Assembly (NCBI GenBank): GCA_964640225.1
Contig: CAZXFI010000001.1
Coordinates: 51,507-115,506, forward strand
Origin: an uncultured archaeon
Lineage (GTDB): Archaea > Aenigmatarchaeota > Aenigmatarchaeia > PWEA01 > JAGHBM01
Length of the DNA: 64,000 bases
Reading direction: 5' to 3'
Made by a program: the position numbers and the translations under genes. Each line of letters starts with the position of its first letter. Positions within the stretch are counted from its first letter, which is position 1. The notes under the pieces are model-generated. The model worked only from the letters and a program-made list of their open reading frames with translations. It did no database searches and had not been told where the DNA came from. Positions 26,660-35,274 of this stretch are shown in pieces.

Positions 26660-27920
26660 GCCTGCCACCTGACCACGCAAGGAGGTTCTTCCTCCCGGGC
26701 TTTTCCTCGCTTTCTTTCTCAAAAAACTCCTTTACATTCTCTTCCTCGCCGGACTCTTCCGCGCCCTCCGTCTCCCTCTCGGACGGCTCTCCCGCGGCTT
26801 CCCGGGATTCACCTGAAAGAAGGTGCACCATGGCCGAATCCACGCTGCCCTCCACCAGGAGGTCAAAAATTTCCTCGTATTTGGCCGAAATCCCCAGCTC
26901 CTTCATGTTCTCCCTCAGAATGCGGAAGCCCATCTCCTCAACGCTTATCCTGCTTTCCCTTATGTCCTTCAGCAGCTTCATCTTGCTCTCCATGGCCTCG
27001 TCCGAAACCCTTGATGAGACAGACAATATCATTCTTTTCCCGTGCTTTTCCTTTACGGGAGAGAAATCCAGCTCCTTCCCCTTTTCCAGCCTTCCGGTTA
27101 CCCTTATCCTGACAAGGGGCTTCTTTTTCTCCTTTATTCCCTGCAGGTAAGTGTCAATCTCCTCCATTACGTCACCCCCAAGCTTGAACTCCCTGTAGAA
27201 AACCTTCCTGGGGGACTCCAGCTCCACGAACTCAATGCCTTTTTTCGTGTCCACTATGTAGAATCCCTTGGGGAATTTTGCCTCGGTCTTGTTCACCTGG
27301 GTGGTTACGGTGGAACCCGGTATTATGAATGGCTTTCCCATGACCTCGGTCTTCTCGGGCCAGTGTATGTGCCCCGACACGTAAAGATCAAACCCCTCCG
27401 GCAGGTCCTCCAGCTTCAGGGAAGGAGGTTCCACCGGGTTGTAGATGTAGGGCTGTATGGACTGGTGAAGCATGAATATGTTGTAGCCCTCCGCGGGCTT
27501 CGGGTTCCACTGGAGAAGCACCTCCTTCGCGTAGGCCTCGGGCACCCCGCTCATTCCGTGGACCGTGATTTTCTCGCCCTTTATCTCGTAGCTCTCGGAC
27601 TCGCAGTGCAGGTGCTTCAGGAATCCCGCGTGCTCCAGCCCCTCCACGCAGTTTATGAGCCCCTTGCCTCTTCTTTCGTGCGTTCCGTGTATTGCCGCCA
27701 CGGGAATTTTCAGCTTTGAAAAAATAGCTAGGGCCCCTGCCCAGTCCTCGGGCCTCGGTATTTTCTGGTCAAATATGTCCCCGGGCAGGATTATCAGGTC
27801 GCAGTCCCTGGCCTTCCCGAAGGCCTCCTCAGCGGCCTCCCAGCAGTCCCCAGACCTTTCTGTGTCCCTTCCGAAACCGAAGTGAAGGTCAGAAATAACA
27901 GCTATTCTTGCCAACAACAC
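26652..27920 (-). CDS. mre11: DNA double-strand break repair nuclease Mre11
   Basis: IAVISDLHFG, ILPGDIFD, GTHER and GHIHW phosphoesterase motifs. Acidic C-terminal tail. Immediately upstream of rad50. Confidence 0.85.
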   Translation of the reverse strand: MLLARIAVISDLHFGFGRDTERSGDCWEAAEEAFGKARDCDLIILPGDIFDQKIPRPEDWAGALAIFSKLKIPVAAIHGTHERRGKGLINCVEGLEHAGFLKHLHCESESYEIKGEKITVHGMSGVPEAYAKEVLLQWNPKPAEGYNIFMLHQSIQPYIYNPVEPPSLKLEDLPEGFDLYVSGHIHWPEKTEVMGKPFIIPGSTVTTQVNKTEAKFPKGFYIVDTKKGIEFVELESPRKVFYREFKLGGDVMEEIDTYLQGIKEKKKPLVRIRVTGRLEKGKELDFSPVKEKHGKRMILSVSSRVSDEAMESKMKLLKDIRESRISVEEMGFRILRENMKELGISAKYEEIFDLLVEGSVDSAMVHLLSGESREAAGEPSERETEGAEESGEEENVKEFFEKESEEKPGRKNLLAWSGGRHD

Positions 27921-28260
27921 ACCCCCGATAAGACAAAATAGGGGGCTGAAGAAATAAAAAGTTTAGAGAAACCTGTCCAGCCTTACTCCCTTGGATAAAA
28001 ATTCAGAAAGAGGCACCTGCCTCATATTGGCCGCGGTTTCCATGCTCCTGTCATCTTTCCACTTGCTGATTTCCATCATCACACCCCCAAAAAACACTAA
28101 CAAGTCTTTCTCTTTCATACTTAAAAAGATTAATATACAAAAGAATACAATACCCTTTCGGTAGTGAACTCCGCAATTTATTAATTAAAAAACCGAATTG
28201 TTATTAGGCGAGAAAAATGAGCGAAATTAAAATTTCGTATTTTTTAACGGTGGTTAAAAA

Positions 28261-29688
28261 ATGAGCGAAGAGCTTGGAATGACTTTCAAGAAAAAGAACT
28301 TCAATGAGTGGTATCTGGAGGCCATAAAAAAGGCCGGTATGGCCGATTACTCCCCGGTATCCGGGTGCATGGTGATAAGGCCTTACACCTACAGGATATG
28401 GGAGAGAATCCAGGCCCTCCTAAACGAAAGGTTTGACAGGCTGGGCGTAAAGAACGCCTACTTCCCCGTTTTCATACCCGAGCGGCTCCTAAAGAAGGAG
28501 GAGGAGCATGTGGAAGGCTTCACCCCCGAGGTCGCCTGGGTGACGGAGACAGGCTCTTCCAAGCTGGAGGAAAGGCTGGCTGTAAGGCCCACATCCGAGA
28601 CAATCATGTACGATTCCTACTCCAGGTGGATACGCTCCTGGAGAGACCTGCCCCTGAAAATCAACCAGTGGGTCAACGTAGTCCGCTGGGAGTTCAAGCA
28701 CCCGATACTTTTCCTCAGGAGCCGAGAATTCCTGTGGCAAGAGGGGCACACGGCTTACGCTGACAAGGAGGACGCGGAAAAGGAGGTTCTGGAAATCCTG
28801 GAGGTTTACAGGGAGGTTGTTGAAGACTACATGGCCATACCCTCGGTGAAGGGGAGGAAGTCGGAAAAGGAGAAATTCGCTGGCGGAGAGTACACCGTGA
28901 CGCTGGAGCACCTGCTTCCCAACGGCAAAGCCATACAGGGGCCCGATTCCCACCACCTGGGGCAGAATTTCTCAAAGGTTTTTGATGTCAAGTTCCTGGA
29001 CAGGAACGAGAAGGAAGAATACGTGTGGCAGAACTCGTGGGGATTCTCCACCCGCCAGCTGGGAATAATGTTCGCGGTGCACGGCGACGACAAGGGGCTT
29101 GTAATACCTCCCAAGGTAGCCCCGGTGCAGGTGGTTATAATCCCCATTTACAGGGAAGACACCAAAAAGGAAGTCCTGAAACAGGCCGGCAAAATCCGGG
29201 ACTCCCTTGCAAAAAAATTTTTAACAGAGTTGGACGACAGGGACTGGTACACCCCGGGTTTCAAGTTCAACGAATGGGAACTGAAAGGGGTGCCCCTGAG
29301 GATAGAGATAGGGCCGAAGGACATGAAAAAGGGGCAGGCGATTCTTGTAAGAAGAGATACCGGGGAAAAGAAGGCCGTCGGTACCAAGGATTTGGCAAAG
29401 GAAACGAAGAAAACGCTTGACTCGGTGCAGAAAAGCCTGTTTGAAAAGGCCCGGAAATTCATGGAAGAACACACAAAAGAAGTTGAGAATTATGACGGGC
29501 TGAAGAAGAACCTGGAAGGAAACTGGATAATCGCCCCGTGGTGCGGTTCCGTCTCATGTGAGGAAAAGGTGAAGGACGAAACAGGGGCCAAAATCACCAA
29601 CATACCCTTCGGTCTCAAGGCAAAGGGAAAATGCGTTGTATGCGGGAAAAAGGCCGGGCACGCGGCCTGCTTCGGAAAGAGCTACTAG
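28261..29688 (+). CDS. proS: Prolyl-tRNA synthetase (archaeal/eukaryotic type)
   Basis: 475 aa class II aaRS. FPVFIPE, RPTSET, FLRSREFLWQEGHTA and a C-terminal Zn-binding segment CGSVSCEE...CVVCGK. Confidence 0.9.
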   Translation: MSEELGMTFKKKNFNEWYLEAIKKAGMADYSPVSGCMVIRPYTYRIWERIQALLNERFDRLGVKNAYFPVFIPERLLKKEEEHVEGFTPEVAWVTETGSSKLEERLAVRPTSETIMYDSYSRWIRSWRDLPLKINQWVNVVRWEFKHPILFLRSREFLWQEGHTAYADKEDAEKEVLEILEVYREVVEDYMAIPSVKGRKSEKEKFAGGEYTVTLEHLLPNGKAIQGPDSHHLGQNFSKVFDVKFLDRNEKEEYVWQNSWGFSTRQLGIMFAVHGDDKGLVIPPKVAPVQVVIIPIYREDTKKEVLKQAGKIRDSLAKKFLTELDDRDWYTPGFKFNEWELKGVPLRIEIGPKDMKKGQAILVRRDTGEKKAVGTKDLAKETKKTLDSVQKSLFEKARKFMEEHTKEVENYDGLKKNLEGNWIIAPWCGSVSCEEKVKDETGAKITNIPFGLKAKGKCVVCGKKAGHAACFGKSY

Positions 29689-31064
29689 TCAAATGGATTT
29701 TCCCCTGTTATGCACATGGTGCAAAGATGTTTTTTCGGCAAACCCACCGCCCTGACCACGTTCTCAACTGTGTTGTAATATACCTTGTTTATGGAGGGCA
29801 GATTCCCGGCCACTTCTTCGCCTATTTCAAACACATCCCTGTATTCCATGCCGCCTGCGGCCAGCTTCTTGTTGAATTCATCCGAATGGCAGGAATAGAA
29901 TATCGGGGCATAGCTTACCAGAAGCTCAACCTCCTTGGCTCCCGCGTTCAGAAGCGTCCTTGACACGGCCTCGCTTATGGTGCCCCTTACAACGCTGTCG
30001 TCCCCGAACATGACTTTTTTTCCTCTAACCACTTCTTTTATGGGGTTGTGCTTCAACGTGGCGGCCTGAACCCTTTCACTGGGGTCCGGTATTATGTACG
30101 TGCGACCTATGTACTGGTTCTTTATCAGCCCCTCGTCAAGAGGCATTCCAGTTGCCTCGTGCACTCCCAGTGCCACAGACCTGCCTGAATCCGGTATGCC
30201 TATAATAACCTTGTCTTTATTCTTCCTTATGCCGTGCAAATCCACCAGCAAATGCCCGAGTTTTTTTCTGACCGTGTGGGAGGTCTTTCCCTCAATAACC
30301 GCGTCTGGCCTTGCGGTGTAAACCCACTCAAAAACGCAGTGCCTCCTCTCCGAAGGCAAGGCCTGTTTCTTGTAAAAATCCTGGTCAAAGCCGATGATTT
30401 CTCCCGGAACAACATCCCTCCTTTCTATAAACTCTTCCCCGAAATTCTCAAACATGTCAATTGATCCGGACTCCGAGGCAACGTAAAGGGAATCCTTTGT
30501 CCTTCCAATGTACATGGGCCTCACTCCTCTCTTGTCCCTTCCCCCGATAAGCTGGCTCCTCTGTTCCTTCTTGTCCCTTACCCCCATGACAAAGGAAAAA
30601 TACGCCCTGTCAAGCTCTTTCATTGTATCGGCAAGAGAATCCTTTATGTCGCCGTATTGTTCGGTTTTTTCCAGAAAAAGCCTTCCGAAAATTTCCTCAT
30701 CGGTGGAAGCCCTGAACCCGTGATCTTTGTTTACTTCCCCGCGGTTCAGAACAAAACCGTTTATTGATACGGAAATTTCGTAATTTTCATTCTCAGAGAT
30801 TGTGGGGGGTATGTCCTTTCTTTCAACTTTTTCGCTCCCCAGGTGGCCCACGGCCACATAGTCGGTTGGGTGAATGAAAGACTTGAAGAGTTCTTCATGG
30901 AATACCTTTGATATAAGCCTCTTTCCCTTGTAAGTCCTTAGCGAATGGTTTCCCATGGCGGAAATTCCCACGTTTTCCTGCCCACGGTGCTGGGTCTGGA
31001 AAAGAGCCTGGTGGGCATAAATGCTGGCATTATCCTTGGAGTAGATACCCACGATTCCGGACAT
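29685..31064 (-). CDS. purF: Amidophosphoribosyltransferase-like (PurF family); Ser encoded where the catalytic Cys1 is expected
   Basis: MSGIVGIYS N-terminus (Ntn glutaminase fold). PRTase motif VIIGIPDSGRSVALG. 459 aa. Confidence 0.75.
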   Translation of the reverse strand: MSGIVGIYSKDNASIYAHQALFQTQHRGQENVGISAMGNHSLRTYKGKRLISKVFHEELFKSFIHPTDYVAVGHLGSEKVERKDIPPTISENENYEISVSINGFVLNRGEVNKDHGFRASTDEEIFGRLFLEKTEQYGDIKDSLADTMKELDRAYFSFVMGVRDKKEQRSQLIGGRDKRGVRPMYIGRTKDSLYVASESGSIDMFENFGEEFIERRDVVPGEIIGFDQDFYKKQALPSERRHCVFEWVYTARPDAVIEGKTSHTVRKKLGHLLVDLHGIRKNKDKVIIGIPDSGRSVALGVHEATGMPLDEGLIKNQYIGRTYIIPDPSERVQAATLKHNPIKEVVRGKKVMFGDDSVVRGTISEAVSRTLLNAGAKEVELLVSYAPIFYSCHSDEFNKKLAAGGMEYRDVFEIGEEVAGNLPSINKVYYNTVENVVRAVGLPKKHLCTMCITGENPFD

Positions 31065-31121
31065 ATAAGATAGGAGGCCCTGAAAACATTTAAACCTTTA
31101 CTCCACAAAACTTATTTCATG

Positions 31122-31324
31122 GGCCCGTGGCGTAACCGGATAACGCGCTCGGCTTCGGACAAGCTTTTTAGAAAAAAGCTTGAGCAAAAACACGGAAACA
31201 GGGGAAACCGAGAGACTGGGGGTTCGAAAACAAAAACCTTTTGGAAAAAGGTTCTTGTATCTCCAAAACCTGGAAACGCAAAGCGTTTCCCAGTGGGGAA
31301 CGAAATTCCCTCCGGGCTCACCAA
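31122..31324 (+). tRNA. tRNA-Arg(TCG) with two introns (anticodon loop 31161-31208 and T-loop about 31230-31307); CCA encoded
   Basis: Hand-folded. Acceptor GGGCCCG/CGGGCTC, D-stem GCGT/ACGC, anticodon stem CTCGG/CCGAG with loop CTTCGGA, T-stem GGGGG/CCCTC with loop TTCGAA-T. Confidence 0.6.
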
Positions 31325-31485
31325 CAAATCCTTTTTTAGAAAAAGGCTTTGTAATTTGGAACAAGGTTCCAAGATTCCCAAAAACCTGGAAAAGCCCTGC
31401 TTTTCCCAAATAAAACGTTTAAAAGCATTTGAAAACACAAAATAAAGGTAAGTTGAAGCACATGAAATGTGCTTATTTTCAATTT

Positions 31486-31653
31486 GCTCCCATAGTCTAG
31501 TGGCCAAAACTCAAGGAGTTTTGTACTCCAGCAATAATGCTGAAGTGGCCAAGGATGCTGGCCTCTCGTAAGCTTTTTGGGAAAAAGCTTAAGCAAAAAC
31601 CAAAAGCTTTAAGAAAGCCAGAGACCGGGGTTCAAATCCCCGTGGGAGCACCA
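31486..31653 (+). tRNA. tRNA-Glu(CTC) with two introns (D-loop about 31508-31552 flanked by duplicated AGTGGCCAA; anticodon loop 31570-31616); CCA encoded
   Basis: Hand-folded. Acceptor GCTCCCA/TGGGAGC, anticodon stem CTGGC/GCCAG with loop CTCTCGT, T-arm CGGGG-TTCAAAT-CCCCG. Confidence 0.65.
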
Positions 31654-31677
31654 CCTTTAAAACTAAATTATGGATTT

Positions 31678-33468
31678 CTAATCTCCGGCCCACTTCCAAC
31701 TCTTAGAGCCCTGGGAGCCAAGCCCGAACAAATTCAATGCCTTGTTAAAGAAATCAACTATTGTGTTGTAGAACTCGTCCAATGGATTATAGCTTTTTTC
31801 AGAATATCCCACTCCGCCTCCTCCACCGCCCCCGCCACTGCCTCCGGATGTGGTTGTAGTGGTTGATTCGGATAGGGACGTAGTGGTGAACGTGGAGGTA
31901 GAAGTTGTGGAAGAAACGATCGTAGTTTCAACAGTAGTTGTCTCTGCGGTAGAAGAGGAAGACGTAAAGACAGTAGACGTGGAAGAGGTAGTTGTGCATA
32001 TTGTGGTGGTGGAACCTCCAGACAATGGCGCGAGCGAGGGTCCAAGATCGCCCGGAGCGCCGGTTTTTCTTTCACTGTACCACTGGTTCCATGTCCTGTA
32101 TCCGGTGTTTACCCCGTCTGTATCAAAAACCTGCACGGTGCCTCTACGATTTAAACCGCCTATGGATTTAACCCCCATTCCAACTATTTCATTTAATCCG
32201 TCATTGTCAATGTCCTGGACTATCATCTGGTTCAAATAAACATTCAAATCCTGTTTTATATCAAAATCATGGGCGCCCGGATTCCACTGGTAAATGACCA
32301 ACCAGCCCCGGTTTAATCCGCTGGTAAATCCTATAAGCTCCATTTCATTGCCATTTCCGTTTTGCCACACGTTCCCAATGGCAAGAGGGTGGCTGTAACC
32401 AACTCCGCTTGCAGCCCAAACAGGGGAGTAATCCTCCATTTTCCAGTCTCCCAAATCAAAAATATCAGCGCCACTGTTTTTGTTGTTGTCGCCGCTAATC
32501 AGTTCAAGATTGCCGTCTCCGTCAATGTCGTAGACATTGTTATTGTCATGGGCGCCGAAATTTGGTATATTCTCCTGCCACTTTCCAGTCATCGGAGACA
32601 TTGTTGAGCCGTCGACAACGCCTATACCGTCACCGGCCTGGTCTGTTATTACCACATCTAAAACTCCGTCACCGTCAACATCCACTATTGTTGAACAGTG
32701 ACTGCTGCAATATATGGATTTCCATGCATGCATTATGTTCAAACTACTGTCCAGTTGCATCAAACCGTTGCAACTATCACCGCCACTGCCTCCCCTGTCT
32801 GTGTCAAATATTTCAACAGTCCCGTCACCATCCAAATCCCAGCCTGTAAATCCCCCGTGGCAAGTGTGGCAGGCGACCGGCTCCGATTCTATTATTGCAC
32901 CGTCCGTGCCCCTGAATTTCATTACCGGAGAAACGGCACCGTTGCCTGACACGTAAATGTAAACTGTTCCGGCCTCCTTTAAAAGCAGGGGGTGCTTGTC
33001 TTTTCTCCCGTGGGTGGTTGGATTGTTGTGATTGGGGTCATTCCAGTAATCCCATTTCATAGTGCCTGATTCGGCCTCAAACACCGCGACCTGGTTCATA
33101 CCGCATGCGACCAGCTCAAGCTTCCCGTCCTGGTCCACATCGCCAAGTTCCACGACGGTATGACGGCCCAAACCGTTGCTTGTATAAACCCATTCCAAAG
33201 CCCCTGTCTGCCCATCCAAGCATATCACGAAACCTGGATGCGGCTCGCCGCTTCCTGCATCTGTTCCACCGGCCTGGAATATTTCGTGGTATCCATCGCC
33301 GTCCACATCCGCAGTAACAGGCAACGTGCTGCTGCTGTACGAAGAGGACAATCCTGTATGCACAGACGTGTCTGTATACCACTTTAGAGAAATGTCTGCA
33401 TTTACAGGAACTGCCATGAAAACAATCATAACAACAGGAAGTAGCTTGAGATATCTCGTTTGCCGCAC
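31678..33468 (-). CDS. Secreted FG-GAP/beta-propeller repeat protein with C-terminal Ser/Thr-rich stalk
   Basis: N-terminal signal peptide LLPVVMIVFMAVPVNA. At least six D-x-D-G-D-G FG-GAP-type calcium-binding motifs. Near the C-terminus a roughly 60-residue S/T run, then GGSGGGGGGGG. Confidence 0.7.
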   Translation of the reverse strand: MRQTRYLKLLPVVMIVFMAVPVNADISLKWYTDTSVHTGLSSSYSSSTLPVTADVDGDGYHEIFQAGGTDAGSGEPHPGFVICLDGQTGALEWVYTSNGLGRHTVVELGDVDQDGKLELVACGMNQVAVFEAESGTMKWDYWNDPNHNNPTTHGRKDKHPLLLKEAGTVYIYVSGNGAVSPVMKFRGTDGAIIESEPVACHTCHGGFTGWDLDGDGTVEIFDTDRGGSGGDSCNGLMQLDSSLNIMHAWKSIYCSSHCSTIVDVDGDGVLDVVITDQAGDGIGVVDGSTMSPMTGKWQENIPNFGAHDNNNVYDIDGDGNLELISGDNNKNSGADIFDLGDWKMEDYSPVWAASGVGYSHPLAIGNVWQNGNGNEMELIGFTSGLNRGWLVIYQWNPGAHDFDIKQDLNVYLNQMIVQDIDNDGLNEIVGMGVKSIGGLNRRGTVQVFDTDGVNTGYRTWNQWYSERKTGAPGDLGPSLAPLSGGSTTTICTTTSSTSTVFTSSSSTAETTTVETTIVSSTTSTSTFTTTSLSESTTTTTSGGSGGGGGGGGVGYSEKSYNPLDEFYNTIVDFFNKALNLFGLGSQGSKSWKWAGD

Positions 33469-33746
33469 CTCATTTAGTTATGAAATTCGGGTTATTAAAA
33501 AATTTCAAAGCCCGAATTCATACGTAACCGGTAATGTACTCGGGAGAATCCGGCTTTTTCATCGGCTTGAACGGGTACTTCTTTAACAGTTCCATTTTCC
33601 GGTCAAATTCTTCCAGATTTCTCATGATGCGGTAAAAGCAGGACATTTCTTGCACCTGTTCAATATTAAGACCTGAAAAGATTTAAAACAGCGGATCCGG
33701 ACAAGAACTGAATAAAAACCTCTGAAAAAACCTGTTTCAGAGCAGT

Positions 33747-33950
33747 TTAGTTTTTGAAACAGTTTGTGAAAAAACCCGGCCTTAACTCCCCGTCCATGCC
33801 TCTTAAGGTATCCCTGCATACGGTGCAAAGCCAGGTGCCGTCCGACCTCTGGAGAAACGGGCTGAAGTTCTCGCACCTTTCGCAGAATCCGCTTATTTTC
33901 TTCATTCCAACCCCCACTGAGTTTATAGAAGTAGGAACACGGTTCTTCAT
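33747..33950 (-). CDS. Small putative zinc-ribbon protein
   Basis: CERC...CTVC pairs in 67 aa. No other support. Confidence 0.25.
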   Translation of the reverse strand: MKNRVPTSINSVGVGMKKISGFCERCENFSPFLQRSDGTWLCTVCRDTLRGMDGELRPGFFTNCFKN

Positions 33951-34011
33951 CCTTCCATTGATATATGGGAACGGATGCTTAAATTATTTTGCCTTTTTCA
34001 GGTCCTAAAGT

Positions 34012-35268
34012 CTATTCATACCTCAAAGCCTCCGTGGGTTGCATTCGCGAGGCCATTCTTGCCGGAATCAGGCCTGATACCACCCCCATGGCCGTGGAGA
34101 AACCCAGGGCAAATGCTATTAGTTCCGGCCTGATTGTGGCTATAGAGCTGACTCTGCCCATGGCCAGGCTGAACCCCATTTCCGACATGATTCCTATAAG
34201 GATGAAAGAAAGGAAAATACCCACAAGCCCTCCCGCGAACCCTATTATCGCGGATTCTGTCAGGAAGAGTTTCATTATTTCAAAATTCGTGGTCCCGAGG
34301 GCCTTCAGAATTCCTATCTGCTTTGTCCTCTCCATGACCGACATGAACATCGTGTTGGCTATTCCTATTGCGCCAACCAGAAGTGATACCGCGGCGATGC
34401 CCGCAAGAAACATGCTGAGAGTTGAGGAAACCTCCGAGATCGTCTCTATCATTGACTGGGAAGAGCTGACCGTGAAATCCTTTGTTTTTTCCGTGACGTG
34501 CCTTGAAAGCATAAGTTTTTGTTCAATCTCCTCTATCACCTCCTCAACCAGCTCCTCGTTCGAGACCTTGACCTCCACTGACGTGTAATGGTTCGCGTCT
34601 ATGTCCTCAAAAATATTTACTGCAGAATCGTACGGCACGAACACGGACCTGTCGTTTCCCCCGCCAAAGCCCCCTGACTCTTCCAGTATGCCTATTATCT
34701 TGAAAGAAACTCCCTCTATGCTTATCTGGGAATTGAGCGAAAGCGGCTCCTTGAACATTTCCCCGGCCACTCCGCTTCCGAGAATGACCACGTTCCCGTC
34801 GTTCTGCGTGAAATACCTTCCGGACGCCAGCTCGGATGTTGTTATTTCCTTCCAGGCTATGGGGTCCACCCCCTCCACCGTCAGGGAAACGCTCTCCGAC
34901 AAATATGAAATTTCAGCCCTGTCCGACGCCACTCCGTTGACGTACTGCACTCCCGGAACAGATTTTATTATCTGTATGTCCCTGTTGGTTATGTTTTCCT
35001 GGGAACTGGAATCTTCACCGGGTCCCCCTCCAGGCCCTCCGCCGAAGCCCCTCATGGAGGCCCTGCTGAACCCGGGACTGACCCTGATTATGTCCGCCCC
35101 CAGGTTCCCAAGCTGGCTTTCAACGCTCTGCTGCATGCCCTCTCCCAGTGACAGTATAGCAACCACCGCGGCCACGCCTATCACTATTCCCAGTATCGTC
35201 AGCCAGCTTCTCAGTTTCCTCTGCATGAAGCTTTTCGCGGAAAGCCTCAGGATATAACCAAACCTCAT
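34012..35268 (-). CDS. ABC transporter permease, MacB/FtsX family
   Basis: N-terminal TM, a large extracytoplasmic domain, then a C-terminal 3-TM FtsX-like bundle. Operon with an ABC ATPase. Confidence 0.8.
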   Translation of the reverse strand: MRFGYILRLSAKSFMQRKLRSWLTILGIVIGVAAVVAILSLGEGMQQSVESQLGNLGADIIRVSPGFSRASMRGFGGGPGGGPGEDSSSQENITNRDIQIIKSVPGVQYVNGVASDRAEISYLSESVSLTVEGVDPIAWKEITTSELASGRYFTQNDGNVVILGSGVAGEMFKEPLSLNSQISIEGVSFKIIGILEESGGFGGGNDRSVFVPYDSAVNIFEDIDANHYTSVEVKVSNEELVEEVIEEIEQKLMLSRHVTEKTKDFTVSSSQSMIETISEVSSTLSMFLAGIAAVSLLVGAIGIANTMFMSVMERTKQIGILKALGTTNFEIMKLFLTESAIIGFAGGLVGIFLSFILIGIMSEMGFSLAMGRVSSIATIRPELIAFALGFSTAMGVVSGLIPARMASRMQPTEALRYE

Positions 35269-35274
35269 GTTTCA

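Noticed and set aside
31098-31866. ORFs 31098..31409 -, 31112..31507 -, 31119..31445 +, 31180..31413 +, 31336..31596 -, 31537..31866 +
   Set aside because: They overlap the two intron-containing tRNA genes and their intron hairpins. Translations are low-complexity (K/F/L-rich). The region is explained by tRNA exons plus introns.
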